Positions 9,156 through 20,034 are shown, counted from the stretch's first letter. The stretch: DNA of 34,349 nucleotides from Octopus bimaculoides (GCF_001194135.2 NC_068982.1:14159669-14194017); one strand, 5' to 3'. The notes: generated by a model from the letters alone, not told the origin. Program-made: numbers and translations.

Positions 9156-9366
9156 ATCTTTATATTTTCTGATGTTGTCAAATTCTTTTTGCCAAAATAT
9201 TATGATCACAGAGGATATTCATATCAATCAATAAATAGGCTTTATTAATAATAATATTAATATATATGTTAAAATGAGATGTCAATGTTATTTTCATTTT
9301 TGTATAATTTAGATGACAATTTATTCACCACACCCTGTATATATGCAAATATGTACTTGTATGTAC

Positions 9367-9398
<32 letters not shown>

Positions 9399-9926
9399 NN
9401 NNNNNNNNNNNNNNNNNNNNNNNNNNNNNNNNNNNNNNNNNNNNNNNNNNNNNNNNNNNNNNNNNNNNNNNNNNNNNNNNNNNNNNNNNNNNNNNNNNNN
9501 NNNNNNNNNNNNNNNNNNNNNNNNNNNNNNNNNNNNNNNNNNNNNNNNNNNNNNNNNNNNNNNNNNNNNNNNNNNNNNNNNNNNNNNNNNNNNNNNNNNN
9601 NNNNNNNNNNNNNNNNNNNNNNNNNNNNNNNNNNNNNNNNNNNNNNNNNNNNNNNNNNNNNNNNNNNNNNNNNNNNNNNNNNNNNNNNNNNNNNNNNNNN
9701 NNNNNNNNNNNNNNNNNNNNNNNNNNNNNNNNNNNNNNNNNNNNNNNNNNNNNNNNNNNNNNNNNNNNNNNNNNNNNNNNNNNNNNNNNNNNNNNNNNNN
9801 NNNNNNNNNNNNNNNNNNNNNNNNNNNNNNNNNNNNNNNNNNNNNNNNNNNNNNNNNNNNNNNNNNNNNNNNNNNNNNNNNNCACACTCACAGGTAAAAT
9901 TTCCACTTATTTCTTATTTTTATTTT

Positions 9927-9966
9927 CCTAAAATGTTCGTTGCATCTTGCAACCTTTTCAATAGTC
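9927..9966 (-). ncRNA. Candidate minimal type I hammerhead ribozyme, second arm (A15.1 changed to C)
   Basis: Reverse complement GACUA-UUGAAAA-G-GUUGC(AAGAU)GCAAC-GAA-CAUU-U-UAGG with perfect stem II and CUA/UAG stem I. Confidence 0.45.
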
Positions 9967-9984
9967 TTGACTCTTTCAATAGTC

Positions 9985-10018
9985 TTGAAAAGGTTGCAAG
10001 ACACAACGAAAATTTTAG
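9985..10018 (+). ncRNA. Candidate minimal type I hammerhead ribozyme (U3-A8 core variant), degenerate copy
   Basis: UUGAAAA-G-GUUG(CAAGACA)CAAC-GAA-AAUU-U-UAG: core, stem II, GAAA, palindromic stem III; the stem I 5' strand is disrupted in this arm. Confidence 0.45.
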
Positions 10019-10205
10019 GAAAATAAAAATAAGAAATAAGTGGAAATTTTACCGGTGAGTGTGTTAAATTTTAAGACACAATAAGAAAATGACTCTCCCC
10101 AGACACAACAGAATATGCTTCAACACACGAAATCACATAAAAAATCTTGCAAACCAAATCCCAAAACGAAATATGCAGATATATGTATACATTTCTATGC
10201 ATATA

Positions 10206-10255
<50 letters not shown>

Positions 10256-10840
10256 TATGCATATATATGTGAAACGGCTGCATTATATTTCATCCTTTCT
10301 CTTGGAGGGTTCCAAAGGGCGAATTCTAACAAAGATTCTTCATAGTTTGCTGGTAACTTACTGGTGTAAGATTTTTGCAAATATGAAAATATTACATGTA
10401 TATGGTGTGTTATGAGAATTTATGGAAAGATATCCTGTAGAAACTCAACAAATTTGTGAAAAATGGAGAAGAGAAGATGTTAGAATTTGAAAGAATTTTA
10501 ATATATGCGTTCGATCGTTTCAAACAGTGATGTTAACATGTAAATAAATGGTAGAATAATTAAAATTAATTTGATTAAATTAAATTAATTACATATCACT
10601 GTGAGAAGTATACAACTATCCTCAGTGCAAGAAGTATACAACAAAAAATTATTATTGTTGCAGAAGACTTGATGAAGGAAGCAGCAGATAACAAATTCAG
10701 ATATACATATTTTATTCTTATGAAAAATTCAGAGCATACTAAAGAATGTGAGTCTAGTTGTATATAAACTTAAACTTATTTGAAAATATGAGTGGAAAAT
10801 GTTTAAGAGACGTTCCTTTTATAGAAGAGTAAGTATATGC

Positions 10841-10895
<55 letters not shown>

Positions 10896-12618
10896 NNNNN
10901 NNNNNNNNNNNNNNNNNNNNNNNNNNNNNNNNNNNNNNNNNNNNNNNNNNNNNNNNNNNNNNNNNNNNNNNNNNNNNNNNNNNNNNNNNNNNNNNNNNNN
11001 NNNNNNNNNNNNNNNNNNNNNNNNNNNNNNNNNNNNNNNNNNNNNNNNNNNNNNNNNNNNNNNNNNNNNNNNNNNNNNNNNNNNNNNNNNNNNNNNNNNN
11101 NNNNNNNNNNNNNNNNNNNNNNNNNNNNNNNNNNNNNNNNNNNNNNNNNNNNNNNNNNNNNNNNNNNNNNNNNNNNNNNNNNNNNNNNNNNNNNNNNNNN
11201 NNNNNNNNNNNNNNNNNNNNNNNNNNNNNNNNNNNNNNNNNNNNNNNNNNNNNNNNNNNNNNNNNNNNNNNNNNNNNNNNNNNNNNNNNNNNNNNNNNNN
11301 NNNNNNNNNNNNNNNNNNNNNNNNNNNNNNNNNNNNNNNNNNNNNNNNNNNNNNNNNNNNNNNNNNNNNNNNNNNNNNNNNNNNNNNNNNNNNNNNNNNN
11401 NNNNNNNNNNNNNNNNNNNNNNNNNNNNNNNNNNNNNNNNNNNNNNNNNNNNNNNNNNNNNNNNNNNNNNNNNNNNNNNNNNNNNNNNNNNNNNNNNNNN
11501 NNNNNNNNNNNNNNNNNNNNNNNNNNNNNNNNNNNNNNNNNNNNNNNNNNNNNNNNNNNNNNNNNNNNNNNNNNNNNNNNNNNNNNNNNNNNNNNNNNNN
11601 NNNNNNNNNNNNNNNNNNNNNNNNNNNNNNNNNNNNNNNNNNNNNNNNNNNNNNNNNNNNNNNNNNNNNNNNNNNNNNNNNNNNNNNNNNNNNNNNNNNN
11701 NNNNNNNNNNNNNNNNNNNNNNNNNNNNTATATGTATTTATATTTTTTTTGTGAATTTTCCCCATATATTTATATGTATGTATGTCTGTATGTATGTACA
11801 TATATATGTCTCGCTTCCTTCTGATATTAACAAAATTTGAATAATGTATAATTTACTTTTTGCTACAGAAGATAATTGGTTTCATTTCACTGATCAAAAG
11901 AATTTCTACTTTTTCTATATTTTTTGGCAGTTTTGTTTTGTGCATTATGCTTTCTTGACATTGTTTGGTTATTTTGCTTATTTCTTTCTTTGCATTTTAT
12001 TTTTTTTTATTTTTTAAACAAAGCTGTTCTTTTTTTACTTTTTTGGTTTTTATTTTTCCACATATCAACAACAAACATACAAAAATATCGCCAAAATTTT
12101 CAGCAAATATGTATGTTTGTATTTATGTGTACGTATGTATGTATGTATGTATACATGTATACAAATATACATACATACATACACACACACATGCATGCAC
12201 ACTCATGCACACACAAGGGTAACACCCAAAAGACATTCCAAAATTTAGTATCAACTCCAATATCTTCCATGTAAGAAACATCAAAAGAGAATTCCAAGCA
12301 GAAATTGGAAGCCAAGTCATCAGATTGTACTGATAGCTATAGAAACATTATAAAAATATATATTAACTAACAAATAAAATACAAAACACAAGAATATATT
12401 TAAATGAAATAACAGAAACCATTATTTGCCACAAAGAAAAATGACTAAAATAGCAAAAAATATTTTTAAAATGGTGAACCCTAATTCTAATAATGATAAT
12501 CAGTATTGTTTACGTGGGCTCAAGTTTTGGTTGGTAAAAGTGATATTTGGTTTAATTGATTACCGAAAATTAATCATGTTTAGGCATTGGGTCCACTTGT
12601 TTCGTTGATATAGTGACA

Positions 12619-12780
12619 GTGTATTTGCTGTGCGATTAAGAAGCAGGTTTTGCAACCATGTGGGTTCAGGTTCAGTCCCTTCGTGCCACATATTGGGCAA
12701 GTGTTTTCTGCTATAGCAGTGGAATTGAACCCAGCACCATGTGGTTTGGAAGCAAACTTCTTACCACACAGCCATGCCTG
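12619..12780. mobile_element. Two fused, oppositely oriented CORE-type SINE heads
   Basis: Plus head to TTGGGCAAGTGTTTTCTGCTATAGC (12717), then minus head GCAGTGGAATTGAACC...CTTCTTACCACACAGCCATGCCTG. Confidence 0.75.
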
Positions 12781-13074
12781 AGTTAATAAATATCACAAAA
12801 CAATTTGTCTACTACTTTACTTTCCTTTCACCCCAAAAGGAGTTCCCTTTTGAATGCATCCACACGGGATCTCAGAGGGGAATGACCTGTTGGTCATGAT
12901 CCATGCTTAAGCTGGGAGCGGAGAAGATTTGCAGGGATATGAACTCCATCTGTTGGAACTCCATCCATTGGAACAAACGTCAAAAGGACAGAGAGTATGC
13001 ACTTAATCACTGGCAAGCATCTGGCTGCTAAATATCGCTGATAGAATCCTTGTCTTTGAGGCAGAAGGATAGGA

Positions 13075-13588
13075 AGTGAGGAAGCAAGGAAAGAGAGAGA
13101 GGCAGATTAAGAGAGAGACAGATAGACGGATTAAGAGAGAGACAGATAGACAGATTAAGAAGGAGAGAGACCGGTTAAGAGGGAGAGAGAGACCGATTAA
13201 GAGGGAGAGAGAGAGAGACAGATTGAGGGAAAGAAAGAGAGACAGACAGATTAAGAGAGAGACAGACAGATTAACAGAGAGAGAAAGACAGACAGATTAA
13301 GAGAGAGAGAGACAGGTTAAGAGGGAGAGAGAGAGACAGATTGAGAGAAAGAGTGACAGACAGATAGACTGAGAGACAAACAGACAGATTAAGAGAAAGA
13401 GAGAGACAGATTAAGAGAGAGACAGACAGATTAAGAGAGAGAGACAGGTTAAGAAGGAGAGAGACAGATTATGAGGGAGAGAGACAGATTAAGAGCGGGA
13501 GAGAGATTGTGAGAGAGGGAGAGAGTGATAGATTGAGAGAAAGAGAGACAGATAGATAGACTGAGAGAGAGACTGTGAGAGAGAGAGA

Positions 13589-13668
<80 letters not shown>
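13075..13668. repeat. GA-rich minisatellite (GAGAGACAGACAGATTAA-like units) ending in (GA)n(GACA)n
   Basis: More than 15 variable units anchored by CAGATTAAG; near-pure purine strand. Confidence 0.9.
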
Positions 13669-14773
13669 GTGTATGTTTGTGTAGTAGGAACCCTATCTAG
13701 ATAAAAAATACCCTTATGTTGTTTGGAAAAAATTTGTTCTTTATACAATAAACTATTGCTCTGATACATTCTCTGCCTCACACAGAAATAGTGGAGAGAG
13801 AGAGAGAGAGAGAGAGAGGAAGGGAGAGAGGGGGGAGTATGTGTTAATGTTCCCTGTTCCAGTTATGTATGTCTGGATAAGAAACAAGATGACATGTTAT
13901 CAAAGAGAATTGCAATGTCGTAGTGCAGATCTATACAACCCACACATCTTGGGTTAAAAAAAAAAAGTTATCATCGAAAGAAAAGGACAACGATAGCGAT
14001 TAGAAGGGTTTATAGCTGTTCTGGACTGACATATTTTCTGTCGGCTCTGATAAGAGAGAACCCAGTCTTTGCGAAACAGTTTAGACTCTGTGAAGAATAT
14101 GAGTGTAGTTGACAGATCTATAGAATTTTTAAATCCTTAATCATTGCAAGGCAATATCATTCTTCATTTTCATAGACTGACAAAAAATCTGCTACAGGCA
14201 TTGCTCGGGTGCTCTTGGAACAAAAGCAACATCTGAAGCTGCCGAGATTAATGGAAGTGACATGATGATAGAATGCTGTGAAAATCTATCTGGAATTTTC
14301 AATAATTTTTTTTTTCCACATATTTTCTCACATTTATTTAATTAACTTAGATGTTTGCTGTAAGGAACTGTTCTGAAAGAATTGTCAACCTTATATTTTT
14401 ATATTTTTCTCTCATTTCATTTATTTTTGGTTTGTTTTTTGTTTGTTTGTTTTTTTTTGTTTGTTTTGTATAAAGGAAATATTGAAAGAACTATAATCAC
14501 AGCAATAGAGACTGCCTTTAAGGTAAAGTTATTGTCTTTTCCTTTTTAAAATAAACAAACAAAATATAAATGGAATTGTAATTAAAAAAAAACAAAAATG
14601 GGAAAGAAAAAATAATGTTCTCGTCATGATCGTTATCCTCGTTAATGATATCAGCATCATCATTATCATCGTATCTGTGGTTCTGTCATTGGTGATGTAT
14701 CTATCTTTAAGTATATCTATTTAAAAATATCCATGAACAGAAGAAATATTACTGTCTCTCAATGGTGATTTTG

Positions 14774-14819
<46 letters not shown>

Positions 14820-15064
14820 TGCCACTGTCATTGTTGTATCTTCATCGTTATCAACACCATCATCATCATCATTGTCATCACCATTTTTCTCGTCATTATT
14901 ATTTGAGTTACGATCTCGTGTAACAGTAATGATTTTAATAACTCTTCGAAACACAAACACGAAGAGAAAAATAAAAACAGAGTGTCCAGTTTAAGGTATC
15001 ATTTAAAATATATTCTGGAAACCACTAGATCAAAAGTTTATTCTTTTTTTTTATGTAAATAATG

Positions 15065-15250
15065 ATTTCTAGCATCGTCATTAAGCATCCAGTTTTTTGA
15101 AGGAGAGTCTGGTGATATTAAATCAACGCCAGTTATTTTGTCTGGTTCTTCATTTTTTTAATTACAACCTTCGAAGGATGAAGAACAAAGTTGACTCCAT
15201 GGGATTAAAACTCAGAATTTAAAAGTACAGAGCTAATACAACAAGGTGTT
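15065..15250 (-). mobile_element. Meta-domain SINE, degenerate
   Basis: CCTTCGAAGGATGAAGAACAAAGTTGAC...AAACTCAGAAT is the reverse complement of the Meta domain and B box. Confidence 0.5.
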
Positions 15251-15264
15251 TTGTTTACCATTAG

Positions 15265-15461
15265 TGCTGGTGCCACTTGGTACTGGTGTTACATGGTGCT
15301 GGTGCCACATGAAAAAAAAAGCACCCCAGTATACTTTGTAAAGTGGTCGGTGTTAGGAAGAGCATCCGCCTGCAGAAACCAGGCCAAAATAGGGACAACC
15401 TGTAGCTTGGTGCAGTTCTCCAGCTGGCCTGCATGGAAAACGGATGTTAAATGATGATGAT
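15265..15461 (+). mobile_element. RTE-like non-autonomous element, diverged, (GAT)n tail
   Basis: AAAAAGCACCC..GTGGTCGGTGTTAGGAAGAGCATCC...GCATGGAAAACGGATGTTAAATGATGATGAT. Confidence 0.7.
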
Positions 15462-15789
15462 NNNNNNNNNNNNNNNNNNNNNNNNNNNNNNNNNNNNNNN
15501 NNNNNNNNNNNNNNNNNNNNNNNNNNNNNNNNNNNNNNNNNNNNNNNNNNNNNGCGGCGGCGGTGGTGGTGGTGGAGATGACGATTTGAATTGATTAAAA
15601 TGTAGCCCATGTTGGTGTTACATAAAAGACACCTATGACAGCGCCACATAAAAGGTACCCAGTACACTCTGTAAAGTAGTTAGCTTTAAGATGATTCTAT
15701 TATTACCCATACGAGCTAACAAAGAGCAGGACATTGGGGACATAGAACAATTAAAAAAATAAAATGTATGATACAATGGAAAAATAAAG

Positions 15790-16330
15790 AGGAAAAATGG
15801 AAGTGATGTTACCTGCCCGATCAAGCCACATCACTTATTTGCCCTTGTTCCCTGTACTCCATAATATCTATACCATATTTTCCTATGAGTTCCTCACTGG
15901 TTATCTTTCTCGGTAACTTGTCTGGATCACAGTTCACCCTCCACACCTCGTATCCCTCTTCGTATTTTAAAATCTCATTCCAATGTTTTTCCCTTATCAA
16001 CCCACATGTAAATTTATCACGGTCCTCATCTTGTGTGCATTCACAAGAACTATATCCTACCTCCATCCTGTTATTATCTTTTGAAGTTCTTCTTCTGCCT
16101 CCAGAAAAACCGTACATGCATAGCAAACAGTAGGAGGGGGACATTTCTAACTCCTTGTGTGTATCGTTATTTCTTTTTTTGTTTTCGTGTTGGTGGGGAA
16201 TGGGTAGGTTTAGTGTCTGCAGGGGGAGGGTGGGTCGAGGAGGATGTGGATGGGCCTTGGGTGGGTCGGGGTGCATGTGAGAGGCCTATCCAGCTATAGA
16301 GAGCATGCAAAAACAGACAAATGGAGGACA
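15790..16330 (-). pseudogene. Unassigned coding-like relic (possible retroelement or viral ORF fragment)
   Basis: Unique sequence, visibly more GC-rich than the flanks; overlapping minus-strand ORFs of 82 and 151 aa with protein-like text GLIREKHWNEILKYEEGYEVWRVNCDPDKLPRKITSEELIGKYGIDIMEYREQGQ; no family recognised. Confidence 0.3.
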
Positions 16331-16384
16331 ACATGACTTTCCAGCAAATTGTACAGAAACCAGTAAATCTCTCTCTCTCCATAT

Positions 16385-16530
16385 CAGGGTAATTAATCAT
16401 TTCTACTGGAAGCACAAGGCCTCAAATTTGTGGGGACGGGACTAGGCGATTACATCGACCCCAGTGTTTCACTGGTACTTAGTCTATCAACCCCAAAAAG
16501 ATGAAAGCTAAGTCAAGCTCAGCAGAAATA
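16385..16530 (-). mobile_element. Meta-domain SINE, 5'-truncated
   Basis: CACAAGGCCTCAAATTT...GATTACATCGACCCCAGTG...CTGGTACTTA...GATGAAAG..AAGTCAA. Confidence 0.7.
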
Positions 16531-16618
16531 TCAGGATAATTAATAAGATCATTGTTACTTCTGTTGCTTTTAAGATGTCATTTTTTAGCTGCTCTGATCT
16601 GGGAAACCTATTTCAAAT

Positions 16619-17008
16619 ATATGGAGGCACAATGGCCCAGTCGTTAAGGCAGCGGACTCACAGTCATAGGATCATGGTTTCGATTCCCAGACCGGGCGTT
16701 GTGAGTGTTTATTGAGCAAAAACACCTAAAGCTCCACGCGGCTCCGGCAGGGGATGGTGGCAGACCCTGCTGTACTCTTTCAACACAACTTTCTCTCACT
16801 CTTACTTCCTGTTTCTGTTGTGCCTGTCATTCAAAGGGTCAGCCTTGTCACACTGTGTCACGCTGAATCCCCCCGAGAACTACATTAAGGGCACACGTGT
16901 CTGTGGAGTGCTCAGCCACTTGCACGTTAATTTCACGAGCAGGCTGTTCCGTTGATCGGATCAACTGGAACCCGCGATGTCGTAAACGACGGAGTGCCAA
17001 CGACAACA
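16619..17008 (+). mobile_element. Full-length tRNA-derived SINE with (CAA)n tail and 9-bp TSD
   Basis: Head TGGAGGCACAATGGCCCAGTCGTTAAGG (A box) and GGTTTCGATTCCC (B box); CpG-rich body; ATTTCAAAT at 16610-16618 and 17009-17017. Confidence 0.85.
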
Positions 17009-17292
17009 ATTTCAAATCACAATCCACCTATGACCATCTCATATTTATCTAAGACCACATTATCACATATGTTCTTTCTTTTGAAGAGAGTGGGATGAAA
17101 TTCAAATAAGATTTTGCTGCTATTTCTTACAGATAAAAACCAACTACATACCGGGATCCCCACCCCCCAGATAAACTGAAGCTAAAGATGTTTTATTTAC
17201 TGCAGTATTGAAAAGAATTATAAGAGAAGAGATTTCTGACTTTCACTTTCTGCGTCCATATTATTAAATACCATTTAATTTCTTTAAACTGA

Positions 17293-17386
17293 CAAAGCCC
17301 TGCAGCTCGCCAGATCCTGTCAAAACTGTTCAACACATGGAAACATGAAAAATGGACATTAAATAATACTGATGATAATGATGATA

Positions 17387-17422
<36 letters not shown>
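17293..17422 (+). mobile_element. RTE-like 3' tail fragment with (GAT)n
   Basis: CTGTTCAACACATGGAAACATGAAAAATGGACATTAAA followed by (GAT)n. Confidence 0.55.
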
Positions 17423-17919
17423 GGGGGGGTATAACATTATATTAGAAAAGTCTTAATTCTCCTGAAGCTAGATTTTAGCTGTTCCATATTACCTAATTTC
17501 AACTTATCTTCGGTTATATAATGTCTTGTTCATTGTTGGACAGTATGCTATTGAATACAACCTGTAAATTGTAGATTTTGATTTGTCTATTTATTTATTT
17601 ATTCATTTATTTATTTATTGCACAATCTATAACATTCTACCAATAAATTTATTCATATTATGCCTCTAGATAAATGATAAGGTAAGTAGTGAATGTAACA
17701 ATCAACTCACCCAAAAATATAACACAGCTTACATGTATATAAATATAAACAAATTAACATTTGTTTTTTGTTTTTTTAAGCATCAAAATGTGTATTGTAC
17801 GGTACAAATAAGATGATAATTATTTGAACACAGAATTGCCATTAGAACAACAGAAATACTGTGTAAATTACTCTTAGGAAAGAGACCAAATGTTAGTTTG
17901 TTTGTATTTATACACATAG

Positions 17920-18076
17920 AGGAGTGGCTGGGTGGTAAGTAGCTTGCTTACTAATCACTTGGTTCTGGGTTCAGTCCCACTGCATGGTACCTTGGGCAAG
18001 TGTCTTCTACTATAGCCTCGGGCTGACCAAAGCCTTGTGAGTGGATTTGCTAGACAGAAACTGAAAGAAGCCTGTC

Positions 18077-18113
<37 letters not shown>

Positions 18114-18357
18114 CATGCGTATGTGTGTGTGTGTGTTTGTGTGTGTTTGTGTGTCTGTGTTTGTCCCTCCACCATTGCTTGACAACCGAGTTTGTTGTGT
18201 TTACATCTCCCGTAACTTAGCAGTTCAGCAAAAGAGACCGATAGAATAAGTACTAGGCTTACAAAGAATAAGTCCTGGGATCAACTTGTTCGACTAAAGG
18301 CAGTGCTCCAGCATGGCCACAGTCAAATGACTGAAGCAAGTAAAAGAATAAAAGAAT
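17920..18357 (+). mobile_element. CORE-type tRNA SINE (octopus OR2-like), full-length reference copy
   Basis: AGGAGTGGCTGGGTGGTAAG A box, GGGTTCAGTCCC B box, CORE-like CCTTGGGCAAGTGTC, internal (TG)n, tail GCTCCAGCATGGCCACAGTCAAATGACTGAAGCAAGTAAAAGA. Confidence 0.9.
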
Positions 18358-18397
18358 GTAGTTGTTCTATTCTAAATTTGTGGATAAATTTGTCAAT

Positions 18398-18468
18398 GGG
18401 CAGTTTAGCTTGATGGTAAAGCATTCACCTGGAGTCTTGAGGAATGTGGGTTCAAATCCCATGGTTGT
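18398..18468 (+). other. tRNA-like head remnant (pseudo-tRNA or SINE head)
   Basis: TAGCTTGATGGTAAAGC A box and GGGTTCAAATCCC T-loop; no convincing acceptor stem. Confidence 0.4.
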
Positions 18469-18617
18469 TTGTTGACAAATTTTTTCACTTTATAAGGGTA
18501 ATCTAACCAGTATTTCTGCTGTTCTAACAGCAATTCCGTGTTTGCAAAAAATATCATCTTATTTTTATTGTACAACTTACATGTTACATATTTCATACAA
18601 TCAGCATCTAATAATGT

Positions 18618-19151
18618 AATTAAATGTAAAAATGTGAGCATGAAAAGTAATATTCTTAAGATTATAAATCTGGAAAAGTGCAGGACAAGTTTTTACACCT
18701 GGAAAAGTGTAGGACAAACTATTACTTCAAGTAAACAATAAGAAAATTTTTACTTAAAACATTGCAGCAAAGAATGACAGTTCTTCTAATTTATCACTCT
18801 TTACAATTCTCATCTTTAAATTTATTGTACAAAACTGTTCAGCTAATTTGTAAGTTTGTCTAATTAGTCACTTTTTTCTGTATTTTCTATATTTCTATAT
18901 TTTTCGTAGTAAATTAGCCAAATTCTATTTAAATTAGTATAGTGTTATTTGTAAACTATAATAAAATAATTTTTAATATTTATATTTTAATTTTAGCTGC
19001 AATATTTTAAGTAAAAAGTTTCTTATTCTTTACTTTACTTGAAGTAATAGTTTGTCCTATACTTTTATAGGTGTAATAACTTGTCCTGTACTTTTCCAGG
19101 TTTATAGTCTTAAGAATATTACTTCTCATGCTCGCATTTTTCCATGTAATT
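18618..19151. mobile_element. Foldback/MITE with about 150-bp inverted arms containing tandem subrepeats
   Basis: 18618-18768 is the reverse complement of 18996-19151 (about 14 substitutions, one 5-bp indel); each arm has two CTGGAAAAGTG(C/T)AGGACAA units; AT-rich 227-bp spacer. Confidence 0.85.
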
Positions 19152-19732
19152 CATGATTTTTCCAGGCATTGCTGTTATAAGATAATTAATAATGTGTCAA
19201 TTAATAATTTAAGATTTTAACTTATAAAATACTGAAAGATAATATTTCAATTTTTCCATGTAAGTGATGATAATATTTCAATATTTTTCATGTTTAATTT
19301 AAATATATGTTGCAATTGAATTATTTGATATTACCTATCCACACCAAATTAATGGCAGGGAAAATTACCATCTTGTTGGTTGCACCATGGCTCACCAAAA
19401 GTTACAAACAACAATTCAGTTCTCAATTTAATTGAGAACTGAGTTAGTGGTGAAGCTTGGAAGCTGCTGCGATTGACAAAATGGTGGACTTAAGAATATA
19501 TTCAACCACTACCATGGTTGAACCACTACCATGGTTGAATGATACACGTATTCATACATAACTGACAACTGATGTAGTGCATCAGTTAGCAAACTGATGA
19601 ATATCACACCCAACTATTATCTTGGGAGGACCATTATGCCAATAATAAACAGACACTGGTTCAATTTCACTTCTTTATTATTTGTCAGTTGGTTTGTTAT
19701 TTAACCTACTGACTAATCAATTGCTTGCTTGA

Positions 19733-19937
19733 CCCTTTAGCTTTCAGATTTAGCTTATCTATTCCCTTTAATTTCAATTAGTCATACATTACCTTGTATC
19801 TTTGAGATTTTAATGATGTAGTTGTTTATTTTTAGAATAATATTGTAGGGTAAGTGTGAGAGGCTGGATCTGGTCAGTCTGAAGATCATACAGGTAGATT
19901 ATTTTGGCCGGATATAACTGGTTTCAATGCTAAAGGG
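19733..19937. mobile_element. piggyBac-type MITE
   Basis: Termini CCCTTTAGC...GCTAAAGGG, flanked by TTGA (left) and TTAA (right). Confidence 0.8.
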
Positions 19938-20034
19938 TTAATCACCCGGTTAATCAATAAATCAATTGTTTATCAACTGAGGGATTAAGCAAGTAACCAG
20001 TTAGTTAGCTGGTTAGATAATTAACCAGTTGACT

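Larger units (their letters stand above)
9883..10190. mobile_element. Inverted-repeat element, probably Penelope-like inverted pseudo-LTRs; left arm runs into the N gap
   Basis: 9883-9960 is the reverse complement of about 9986-10063 with 4 mismatches; the right arm continues into an ORF start homologous to 20083-20172; hammerhead-like motif in each arm. Confidence 0.6.

Noticed and set aside
9279-11840. Long ORFs spanning N gaps here and at 20456-21637, 24930-25794 and 27330-28215
   Set aside because: They stay open only because N codons contain no stops.
13075-13668. CRISPR-like spaced repeats
   Set aside because: Units are separated by variable GA/GACA slippage rather than unique spacers; eukaryotic context and no cas genes.
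18398-18468. Functional tRNA gene
   Set aside because: A and B boxes are present, but acceptor and anticodon stems do not pair convincingly; kept only as a tRNA-like remnant.
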